Positions 49,020 to 59,476 of a stretch of DNA of 64,000 nucleotides are shown here, in pieces; position 1 is the first letter of the stretch, and every line of letters begins with the position of its first letter. The notes beneath the pieces were generated by a model. It was not told the origin of the DNA. It searched no databases and saw only the letters and a list, made by a program, of their open reading frames with translations. This DNA is from an uncultured Candidatus Rokubacteria bacterium (GTDB lineage Bacteria > Methylomirabilota > Methylomirabilia > Rokubacteriales > CSP1-6): contig CAVWWD010000003.1 in assembly GCA_963758635.1 (NCBI GenBank), positions 576,001 to 640,000 of the forward strand. Direction: 5' to 3'. The position numbers were made by a program, and so were the translations under genes.

Positions 49020-49436
49020 CTACGGCAGGCTGATCGTCGTGCCGTCGCCGCTCGCGCTGACCGTGAAGGTGCCGTTGGCGTTCGAAGCGTAGCTGTAGCT
49101 GGACCAGCCCGGGTTGCCACCGGACGGAGGCGCCGGGGTCGAGGGCATGAACGGGCCAGCCGACTGACCCTGCGAGTTCGTTGCGGCGCTGTTCAGAGCG
49201 GCCAGCGTGCCCGGGAGCGAGCCCATGTGCGCCGAGTACATGTTGATGGCGGACACGAGCGTGCGGGAGTCGGCCTGCGCCTTGGCGATGCGGGCCCGCG
49301 CCTGGATGTTCGCGTAGAGCGGGATCGCGATCGCGGCCAGGATGCCGATGATGGCCACGACGATCATCAGCTCGATGAGCGTGAAGCCACGCTGATTGCC
49401 CAACGCCTTCCGTCTCTTGTGCCAGAAGCTGATCAT
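49020..49436 (-). CDS. pilA: Major type IVa pilin
   Basis: NQRG|FTLIELMIVVAIIGILAAIAIP; mature protein about 121 aa. Confidence 0.92.
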   Translation of the reverse strand: MISFWHKRRKALGNQRGFTLIELMIVVAIIGILAAIAIPLYANIQARARIAKAQADSRTLVSAINMYSAHMGSLPGTLAALNSAATNSQGQSAGPFMPSTPAPPSGGNPGWSSYSYASNANGTFTVSASGDGTTISLP

Positions 49437-49510
49437 TTCTGGGGTCCCCCCTGTTAGTGTGACGGGCCGATCACGCGGCCCACGTTCTTGTCGGCTGCTT
49501 CTCTCCTCGG

Positions 49511-49526
49511 TGCAGGTTCGGTGCCA
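49511..49526 (-). promoter_or_regulatory. sigma54 (-24/-12) promoter of pilA
   Basis: TGGCAC-CGAAC-CTGCA about 75 nt upstream of the pilA ATG. Confidence 0.75.
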
Positions 49527-49920
49527 CCGATGCAGCCCCCTTGGCCGAGCACCCGCCTGAGATCCACGAGGACATCGATTCTCGCGGCTCCCCTCCCCGA
49601 ACCCCGTGAAAAAATGGTCTCCGAAGCGCGGTCCGGGTGCTGGCCCTGGCCGGTCGCCGCGCGGCAGTCTTCGGGCCCCGCGGGTGTCCGGGTGACAAGA
49701 CTTGTTAGTCCGATGACCAAGGAACGTCAGGTGCTCACCCACCGCTGCATTCCTCCTCTGCTTGTGCCGCCGCCGCTGTGCACCTGCCCCGCCCACGGAC
49801 CGGCTCGCGTGCTGGAGCCACGTCCCCGCGGAGACCACGAGGACGGCGACGGCGAGTCGCGTCCACCCGAGCTGCCGCGCGGAGGGCGGGTGCCCGGCCG
49901 CCGCCGTCACCGCCAACCGG

Positions 49921-51120
49921 CTACTTGATCAGCGTGACGAGGCGGAAGATCGGCAGGTACATGGCCACCACCATGCCGCCGATGACGATGCCCAGGAACA
50001 CGATCATCAGCGGCTCGAGCAGCGCGGTGAGCGCGGTGACCGCCGTGTCGACCTCGTCGTCGTAGAAGTCCGCGATCTTGGACAGCATGGCGTCGAGGGC
50101 GCCCGTCTGCTCGCCGACGTTGATCATCTGGGTGACCATCGGCGGGAACACGGACGAGGCGCGCAGGGGGTCGGCGAGGGTGCGGCCGGCGGTGACGGCG
50201 GCTCGGCACTGGAGGACGGCCTTCTCCACGACCTTGTTGCCCGCCGTCTTGGCGGTGATGCGAAGGCCTTCGAGGATGGGGACGCCGGAGGAGACCAGCG
50301 TGCCGAGCGTGCGCGTGAAGCGGGCCACCGCCACCTTGCGGATCAACGTGCCGAAGACGGGTGTCTTGAGCAGCATGGCGTCGATCGTGGACTTGCCCTG
50401 CTCGGTCTTGTAGTACTGCCGCACGGCGAACACGAGCCCGATCACGCCGAGGATGATGTAGATGAACTTGGTCTGGGCGAAGTCCGAGAGCCAGAGCACG
50501 ATCTGCGTGGGCAGCGGCAGGTCGGCGCCCAGGTTCTTGAACATCTTCGCGAACTCGGGGATGACGAAGGTCAGCATGAACAGCACGACGAGGAACGCCA
50601 CGCCGATGATCGTGGCCGGGTACACCATGGCCGCCTTGATCTTCCGCTTGAGGGCGGCCGCCTTCTCGATGTAGACGGACAGGCGCTGGAGGACCACGTC
50701 GAGGATACCGCCGGCCTCGCCCACCGCCACGAGGTTCACGAAGAGGTCGGTGAAGACCTTGGGATGCCGCTTGAGGGCGTCGGCAAGGGTCGAGCCGGAC
50801 TCGACGGACCGGGCCACGTTCGCGGTCACGCCCCGCAGGGTCTTCGAGTCGCTCTGCTCGGCGAGGATGTTCAGGCACTGCACCAGGGGCAGGCCGGCGT
50901 CGATCATGGTCGAGAACTGGCGCGTGAAGATCGCCATCTCGCGGTCGGTGACGCCGCCCCCGAACTTGGCGATGGTGCGTCCGCCCGCCTTCTCGGAGAT
51001 CTTGGTGACGAGGATCGACCGGTTGCGCAACTCACCGACGGCGGACGTCCGGTCAGTCGCCTCGATCTCTCCCGTGGTCACCCCTCGCGCTCCGCGACCC
51101 TGGTAGGCGAACACCGGCAT
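49921..51120 (-). CDS. pilC: Type IV pilus platform protein
   Basis: FTRQFSTMIDAGLP, GEAGG, AMVYP, GEQTG, AMYLPIF. Confidence 0.95.
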   Translation of the reverse strand: MPVFAYQGRGARGVTTGEIEATDRTSAVGELRNRSILVTKISEKAGGRTIAKFGGGVTDREMAIFTRQFSTMIDAGLPLVQCLNILAEQSDSKTLRGVTANVARSVESGSTLADALKRHPKVFTDLFVNLVAVGEAGGILDVVLQRLSVYIEKAAALKRKIKAAMVYPATIIGVAFLVVLFMLTFVIPEFAKMFKNLGADLPLPTQIVLWLSDFAQTKFIYIILGVIGLVFAVRQYYKTEQGKSTIDAMLLKTPVFGTLIRKVAVARFTRTLGTLVSSGVPILEGLRITAKTAGNKVVEKAVLQCRAAVTAGRTLADPLRASSVFPPMVTQMINVGEQTGALDAMLSKIADFYDDEVDTAVTALTALLEPLMIVFLGIVIGGMVVAMYLPIFRLVTLIK

Positions 51121-51166
51121 GAGTTCTCCCTCCTGGTGACGTCCCGGCTATCGTGAGGCGGCTCGT

Positions 51167-51243
51167 TGAGCCCCGCGCATCAGACTAATGCCGGGCGGTG
51201 GGACTGTAGAGGCCCGTGGCGGTTAGCCCATGCTGCGAGGTCA
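51167..51243 (-). ncRNA. Family B structured element (candidate RNA motif or miniature mobile element) at the pilT stop
   Basis: 71/78 aligned positions identical to 63312-63389; terminal stem TGA.CC.CGCA / TGCGCGGGG.TCA. Confidence 0.5.
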
Positions 51244-52382
51244 TGACCGCCGGCCGAACGGCGATCCCCCGCCGCTCCCGGCGGCAGACGCGGGCGCCCC
51301 CGCGCCCCCGCCGGCCCGGTGGACTTCAGGAGCTGGTCGAGCTCGTCCGGGAGCGTGCTCCGGTTGACCGCCTCGTCGCGCGCGATCTTCCGCTTCTGCA
51401 CCGCGTCGCACAGCGACTGGTTCATCGTCTGCATGCCGAACTTCTGCCCGGCCTGCATGACCGAGTAGATCTGGTGGATCTTTTCCTCGCGGATCAGGTT
51501 CCGGATGGCCGGCGTGGTGACCATGATCTCGAGCGCCATCACGCGGCCCCGCCCGTCCGCGGTGGGGACCAGCTGCTGGGAGAGCACGCCTTCGAGCACG
51601 AGGGAGAGCTGGGCCCGCACCTGGCCCTGCTGGCTCGTCGGGAACACGTCGATGATGCGGTTCATCGTCTGCGCGCAGGAGTTCGTGTGGAGCGTGCCGA
51701 GGGTGAGATGGCCGGTCTCGGCGATCGTCAGGGCGGCGCTGATCGTCTCCAGGTCGCGCATCTCGCCGACGAGGACCACGTCCGGGTCCTGGCGGAGGAT
51801 GGACTTCAGCGCGTTCTTGAACGAGTGCGTGTCCGAGAACACCTCGCGCTGGTTCACCAGGCTCTTCTTGTGCTGGTGCACGAACTCGATGGGGTCCTCG
51901 ATGGTCATGATGTGGTCGCTGCGCTCGGAGTTGATCTTGTCGATCATCGCGGCGAGCGTGGTCGACTTGCCCGATCCCGTCGGCCCGGTCACGAGGACGA
52001 GGCCCTTGGGGCGGTCGGCCAGCTGCTCGACGATGGGCGGCAGGTTGAGGTCGGAGAACGACCGGATCTTGAACGGGATCACGCGGATGGCCGCGGCCAC
52101 CGCGCCCCGCTGACGGTACACGTTGCAGCGGAAGCGGGCGAGGCCCTGGATCCCGAAGGACAGGTCGAGCTCGTTCTCCTCCTCGAACTTCTGCTTCTGC
52201 CCTTCGTTCAGCACGCTGTAGGCGAGGCGCTGGGTGTCCTGCGGCGTCAGCTGCTCGAACTGGTTGAGCCCGACGAGGCGTCCGTTGAGCCGGATCTGCG
52301 GGTAGGTGCCGGTCGTGACGTGCAGATCCGAGGCTCCGCGCTCGATCATGATCGTCAGCAGGTCGTGCATCGTGGCCGCCAT
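51241..52382 (-). CDS. pilT: Type IV pilus retraction ATPase (probable frameshift in G-run near 51300)
   Basis: GPTGSGKST, TIEDPIE, LRQDPD, TGHL..GTLHT, AIRNLIRE, GMQT. Confidence 0.96.
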
Positions 52383-52391
52383 GCTCTCTCC

Positions 52392-54124
52392 CTATCCCAT
52401 CGTGACGCGGAGGACCTCGTCGACGGTGGTGACGCCGTCCAGGACCTTCTGGAGCGCGTTCTGGCGGAGGGTCTTCATACCCTGGGCGAGGGCCACCTCG
52501 CGGATCTCCGTGGTGGGGGCGTTGGCAGGATGAGCCCGCGCAGCTCCTCGGAGATCGGCATCACCTCGTAGATCGCCACGCGGCCCTTCATGCCCGTGAA
52601 GTTGCAGGCCGGGCAGCCCTTGCCCTTGTAGAACTGCACGCGGCCCAGCCCCTGCGGGACGTGGCCGTAGGGGGCCAGGGCCTCCTCGTCCGCCTCGTAG
52701 GGCTGCCGGCAGTCCTTGCAGATCTTCCGCCCCAGCCGCTGGGCCAGGATCACCGTGAGGGCGGAGGAGACCAGGAAGGGCGGGATGCCCATGTCGAGCA
52801 GCCGGGCCACCGTGGACGGGCAGTCGTTGGTGTGCAGCGTGGTCAGCACCAGGTGGCCGGTGAGCGCGGCGCGGATGCCGATCTGCGCCGTCTCGAGGTC
52901 CCGCGTCTCGCCGACCAGGATGATGTCCGGGTCCTGGCGCAGGAAGCTCCGCAGCGCGGCGGCGAAGGTGCGGCCGATCTCCTCGTTGACCTGGCACTGG
53001 TTGACGCCCTTGAGGTTGTACTCCACCGGATCCTCGGCGGTCATGATGTTCACGTCCGGCGAGTTGATCGTGTGGATGGCGGAGTAGAGGGTCGTGGTCT
53101 TGCCCGAGCCCGTGGGGCCGGTGATCAGGATCATCCCGTAGGGCTGGCGGATGGCCTTGCCGAACTGCTCGAGGCTCCAGGGGTCGAACCCGAGCAGCCC
53201 CAGGTCGAGCTGCAGCGCTTCCTTGTCCAGGATGCGCATGACCGTCTTCTCGCCGAAGATCGTGGGCAGCGTGGACACGCGCAGGTCGATCTCGCGCTGG
53301 TTGTAGCGCAGCTTGATCCGGCCGTCCTGGGGCAGGCGGCGCTCCGCGATGTCCAGGCTGGCCATGATCTTCACGCGCGAGGTCAGCGCCGCCTCCAGCC
53401 GCTTCGGCGGCGTTATGATCTCGTGCAGCACCCCGTCCATCCGGAACCGCACGCGGAATACCTTCTCGTACGGCTCGAGATGGATGTCCGACGCCCCGCG
53501 CCGGATGGCGTCCACGAAGATCATGTTCACGAGCCGGACGACCGGGGCCTCGTCGGCCGACTCCTTCAGCTCGAAGATGTCGAGCTTCGACCAGGTGTCC
53601 TCTTCGCCCTCCACGAGCTCGACGTCCTGGGAGCCTTCCATCTCCGAGATCACCTCGGCGATTCCGGACGCCTGGACGTCGTAGAGGCGGTCGATGGCCT
53701 TGCGGATGGCGCCCTGCGAGGCCACGACGGGCACGACCTGGAGGTTCGTCATGAAGCCGACGTCGTCCACCGCGAAGACGTTCGTCGGGTCGGCCATGGC
53801 CAGCGTGAGCTGGTTGGCGCGGCGCTGGATGGGCAGCACCTCGTACTTTCGGGCGATCTGGGACGGCACCAGCTTGAGGACTTCGCCGTCGATGTCGAGC
53901 TGCGAGAGCTGGATGGCCGGGATGCCATACTGCTTGGACAGGAAGGCGAACAACTGCTCATCGCTGATCAGGTTGAGCCGGACGAGGATCGAGCCGAGCT
54001 TCTCGTTGGTGCCCTTCTGCTCGGCGAGGGCGCGCTGGAGCTGCTCCTGATCGATCACGCCTTCTCTGACCAGGAGGTCGCCGAGCCGACGGCTGACGGG
54101 CTGTCCGAGTTTCGGTTCCGCCAT
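52392..54124 (-). CDS. pilB: Type IV pilus extension ATPase (frameshift near 52525)
   Basis: MshEN-like RLGDLLV..G.I...QL..AL, GPTGSGKTT, LRQDPD, CxxC Zn motifs. Confidence 0.95.
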
Positions 54125-54162
54125 TTAGACCTTGCGGAGGGCGGCACCCCCCGGTCGCACGA

Positions 54163-54696
54163 TCATACTCCCGCCAGCTTCTTGAGCGTATTTGTAAAGG
54201 CTTTTTGGGCTTCCTCCTGGTACAGCACGAAAAGCACCTGCTTCAGGCTGGAGTTGCCGCCCTTCAAGTGCGTCACGACCGTGGTGAGCATGGCGTCGGC
54301 GGACTGCGCCGGTGAGACCCCGCCCGCCCCGCTCCCGAGGGCGGGAAACGCGATCGACGTCAGCCGATGCTTCTCGCAGATGGCAAGCGAAGATCGCGTG
54401 GCGGCGGCGATCTTCTCGACGTCCGGCTTCACCGCCGGTCCCATGGTGGCGGCGTGGATCACGTGGGTGGCGGGCAGGTTGCCGGCCACCGTCAGCACGG
54501 CCTCGCCGATCTCGATCGGGCCCTGCCGCACCGCGTCCTCCTCGATCACGGTGCCGCCCTTGCGCTTCATGGCGCTGGCCACGCCGGTGGCCATGAGGAG
54601 GTCGGCGTTGGCGGCGTTGACGATGGCGTCGACCTCGGACTCCGTGATGTCGCCCAGGGCGATCGATACCGTGGCCGGACCGATCTTCGCCTTCAT
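54163..54696 (-). CDS. Macro domain protein (ADP-ribose binding/hydrolase)
   Basis: GDIT, IVNAAN, VIHA, AFPALGSG. Confidence 0.9.
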   Translation of the reverse strand: MKAKIGPATVSIALGDITESEVDAIVNAANADLLMATGVASAMKRKGGTVIEEDAVRQGPIEIGEAVLTVAGNLPATHVIHAATMGPAVKPDVEKIAAATRSSLAICEKHRLTSIAFPALGSGAGGVSPAQSADAMLTTVVTHLKGGNSSLKQVLFVLYQEEAQKAFTNTLKKLAGV

Positions 54697-55538
54697 TGCG
54701 CGTCTCCGGTGATCCGAGGCCCCGGTGCCTCGACGCGGCGCACTTCGCTCTCGCGCGCCTTCACGCGCTCCCAGCTCTCGTCCAGGTCTTGCGCGGACGC
54801 GTCGGCCACCGCGCGGCCCTCGGCCCTCATCTCCGCCTCTACCTCCATGAAGCGTCGTGTGAACTTCTCGTCGGCCTGCCTCAGCGCGTCCTCCGCGTCC
54901 ATCCCGAGGAGGCGGGCCACGTTCACGATCGAGAACAGCAGGTCGCCGAGCTCCTCGCGGATGCGGCCGGCGTCTCCGGCGGCCACGCTCTCATCCAGCT
55001 CGGCCATTTCCTCGCGCACCTTCGCCCACGCCGGTTGCCAGTCGGTCCAGTCGAAACCCACACGTGAGGCCTTCGCTTGCAGGCGCTGGGCTCGGAGCAG
55101 CGCGGGGAGCGCGCGGGGGACGCCCTCCAGCGCGGATCGACGGGTCCCATCGGCCTTGCCCTCGTCCTGCTTGATGCGCTCCCACTGGGCGAGCGCCGCG
55201 CGCGCGTCGGCGACGGGAGCGCCGGCGAACACGTGCGGGTGGCGCCGGATCATCTTGTCGCAGAGCTGTGCGAGCACGTCGCGCATCGAGAACTCGCCCT
55301 GCTCGCTCGCGACCTGGGAGTGGAACACCACCTGGAAGAGGAGGTCGCCCAGCTCCTCCGCGAGCCCGGCCCGCGTGCCCGAGTCGATGGCGTCGAGAAC
55401 CTCGTACGCTTCCTCGATCAGGTACGGCTTGAGCGATTCGCGCGTCTGCTCGCGGTCCCACGGGCAACCGCCGTCGCCCCTGAGGCGGGCCATGATGGAG
55501 AGCAGAGACTCGAAGAGAGCGCCGGGGGAATCAGCCAT
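54693..55538 (-). CDS. mazG: Nucleoside triphosphate pyrophosphohydrolase MazG
   Basis: GCPWDREQT, EEAYE, EELGDLL twice, RRHPHVF, GFDW. Confidence 0.95.
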   Translation of the reverse strand: MADSPGALFESLLSIMARLRGDGGCPWDREQTRESLKPYLIEEAYEVLDAIDSGTRAGLAEELGDLLFQVVFHSQVASEQGEFSMRDVLAQLCDKMIRRHPHVFAGAPVADARAALAQWERIKQDEGKADGTRRSALEGVPRALPALLRAQRLQAKASRVGFDWTDWQPAWAKVREEMAELDESVAAGDAGRIREELGDLLFSIVNVARLLGMDAEDALRQADEKFTRRFMEVEAEMRAEGRAVADASAQDLDESWERVKARESEVRRVEAPGPRITGDAQ

Positions 55539-55562
55539 GGGACAGTCCTGGGAGCGCAATCG

Positions 55563-55591
55563 AGTATACACAAGCGCGGGCGGTCCTTGAA
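55563..55591 (-). promoter_or_regulatory. Putative sigma70 promoter of mazG-macro-pilB
   Basis: TTCAAG-N17-TATACT. Confidence 0.5.
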
Positions 55592-55642
55592 GGACTTCGA
55601 GCGGCGTGCTAGCCTGCGCCGGAGTCCACGAGGAGCGACGCG

Positions 55643-56131
55643 GTGAGTGAGGAAGAAGCGTTCAAGGTCACGGATCGTCGGCGGCGCGCGGACGACGAGG
55701 AGCCCGCGCCCAGCGTCGCATCCGCGCCGCCCCGTCCCGCCGAGACCGCGGCTCCGCCTCCGCGGCCCGAGGCGCTGCGCCCCGAACCCTCGCGGATCGA
55801 GTCGCCTTCCGCTCCACCGCCCGACGAGCTCGACCTGCAGGGCCTCTTCGTCATGTTCGCGAGTTCTGCGTTGATCGGCCTCGGTGCCGCCCCCGATCCG
55901 ATGACCGGGCTCCAGCGCATGGATCTCGACCAGGCCCAGGAGGCCATCGAGACGCTGCTGCTCCTACGAGTGAAGACGGAAGGCAATCGTACCGAGGCGG
56001 AGAACCGGCTGCTCGAGCAGATTCTCTACGATCTCCAGATGCGCTTCGTCCGCATCACCGAGGGAGGCGGCGCCCCTGGCCCGGGTGGCCTGGGTGGCGC
56101 GCCGCCGACGGGGCGAAGTCCCCTCAGGTAG
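55643..56131 (+). CDS. DUF1844 family protein
   Basis: FKVTDRRR N-terminus; LG..PDP, A...I..L..L..KTEGN..E.E..LL...LY.LQM.FV. Confidence 0.8.
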   Translation: MSEEEAFKVTDRRRRADDEEPAPSVASAPPRPAETAAPPPRPEALRPEPSRIESPSAPPPDELDLQGLFVMFASSALIGLGAAPDPMTGLQRMDLDQAQEAIETLLLLRVKTEGNRTEAENRLLEQILYDLQMRFVRITEGGGAPGPGGLGGAPPTGRSPLR

Positions 56132-56163
56132 CACCGCGGCCCTCGAGGCCAGCCCGCCGCCGA

Positions 56164-56814
56164 TCAGCGGGTGGCGATGATCAGCTTTCCTGGCTGGATC
56201 TCGAGCTCCTGCACCACCGCCGGCACTTGCCAGCGCATGATCCGTTGGCTCGTGGGGCCGAGCATCAGCGACAGGAGCCAGCCGCCCAGTTCCTGCTTGC
56301 CGAGCCGGAAGTTCGACAGTTCGATGCGCCCATAGGTACGGTCGCCCCGGAGCCCCCTCGCCTCGAGGAGCACCCGGCCCTTGATGGTGACCCAGATGGG
56401 GTAGTCGAGCCGGCTGTCGGAGATGTAGGGCAAGAGCTGGGCGAACGGAGGCCCCTGGAGGAGGTTCCGCAAGGGCGTCTGCCCCTGCATCTCGAGCTGA
56501 CCCGCCGTGAATCGCACCATGATGGGGTCGAACGGCAGGCCAGCGGCTTCGGCGAGATGGTTGGCCAGGAAGGCGTTGGCCTCTTGCTCCGTGATCACAA
56601 CCGGGTCCTGTCGAGACGAGCGACCGGACTGCCGGAGCACGAGCTCGTAGAGCTTCTGCTGGGCAGAGAGCCCGTCGGCCCGGCTGTACCGGGTTGGCTG
56701 AGTGTCGGGGGGGGCGGTGATGTTCCCGGACATGAAGATCAGGCCGAGGGCGGCCATGACGATCACCATGAAGATGACCAGGACCGCCAGGCACCCGAAG
56801 CAACCGAGCCTCAT
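56164..56814 (-). CDS. Hypothetical membrane-anchored protein
   Basis: GCFGC + single N-terminal TM, ITEQEAN motif; coding-like composition. Confidence 0.65.
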   Translation of the reverse strand: MRLGCFGCLAVLVIFMVIVMAALGLIFMSGNITAPPDTQPTRYSRADGLSAQQKLYELVLRQSGRSSRQDPVVITEQEANAFLANHLAEAAGLPFDPIMVRFTAGQLEMQGQTPLRNLLQGPPFAQLLPYISDSRLDYPIWVTIKGRVLLEARGLRGDRTYGRIELSNFRLGKQELGGWLLSLMLGPTSQRIMRWQVPAVVQELEIQPGKLIIATR

Positions 56815-56890
56815 GCGGCGACATTAGCACTCCAAGCTCGATAGATATTAAGAGGTTTATAAAAAATTCCGCGCCAAGCCCCGATCAGCT

Positions 56891-56935
56891 ATTGACAGAG
56901 ATCAACTCATGAAATATAAGTAATCAACACTCAGA
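56891..56935 (+). promoter_or_regulatory. sigma70 promoter overlapped by two HAIR-like (HspR) operators
   Basis: TTGACA-N17-TATAAG (56892-56920); ATTGACA-N7-ACTCATG (56891-56911) and TATAAGT-N7-ACTCAGA (56915-56935) versus consensus CTTGAGT-N7-ACTCAAG; hspR is in the operon. Confidence 0.75.
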
Positions 56936-56973
56936 TATGGCCCGGCTGAGACCGGGACAATGACACGAGGAGG

Positions 56974-57438
56974 ATGGAGATGGCAATTCTCAGGTGGCGA
57001 ACGGTGGACCAGTCGATGGATCCCTTCCGTGAAGTGGCCGATATCCAGTCCGAGATGAACCGGTTGTTCAGCCTGTTCGGTCCCGCCAACGGGAGCATGC
57101 CCCGCGATCGGGCCTGGGCTCCCCCGATGGACATGGAGGAGACGAAGGACGAGCTCGTCGTGACCGCCGAGCTGCCCGGTGTGGAGGAGAAGGCGATCAA
57201 TCTCTCGATCACCGGCGACCTGCTCACCCTGAGAGGCGAGCGCATGGCCCGCGAGCCGAAGGCGGAGGGGTCGTATCGCGGTGAGAGGCGGTTCGGGCGA
57301 TTCGAGCGCACGGTGAGCCTGCCGTTCCCCGTGCAGGCGGACAAGGTCAAGGCGACGTACCGGGACGGCGTGCTCACGATCACGCTGCCCAAGGTCGAGG
57401 AGATCAAGCCGCGGGAGATCAAGATCGGAGTGCAGTAA
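56974..57438 (+). CDS. Hsp20/alpha-crystallin small heat shock protein
   Basis: P.D..E, AELPG, ER.FG.F.R, A.Y.DGVL.I.LPK. Confidence 0.95.
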   Translation: MEMAILRWRTVDQSMDPFREVADIQSEMNRLFSLFGPANGSMPRDRAWAPPMDMEETKDELVVTAELPGVEEKAINLSITGDLLTLRGERMAREPKAEGSYRGERRFGRFERTVSLPFPVQADKVKATYRDGVLTITLPKVEEIKPREIKIGVQ

Positions 57439-57519
57439 CGTGCGGCGACGGGCGGGGGGCGAGCGCTTCCCGCCCGTCGTCTCTTCGCGACCCAGATGAC
57501 CTCAACAGGAGAGTGAGAC

Positions 57520-59427
<1,908 letters not shown>

Positions 59428-59476
59428 GAGGGAACGGGCGGGCGCCGGGTGGTGAAGCCGGCGCCCGCCTCGACCG

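Noticed and set aside
49020..49436. Electrically conductive (e-pilin) type pilin
   Set aside because: Mature pilin is about 121 aa with long aromatic-free stretches
51167..51243. tRNA-Tyr fragment, SAM-I riboswitch or hammerhead ribozyme
   Set aside because: Only short words match (GACTGTAGA, GGGACTG, CTGATG); no T-arm/CCA, SAM core or GAAA core
52392..54124. Pseudogene or programmed-frameshift calls for pilB, pilT, livM, CHAT, esterase and SLT
   Set aside because: Isolated single-base indels, several in or near homopolymer runs, in otherwise intact genes; most simply sequencing error
56824..56850. Complete CIRCE operator
   Set aside because: The left arm is perfect but the right arm (TAGATATTA) does not match GAGTGCTAA
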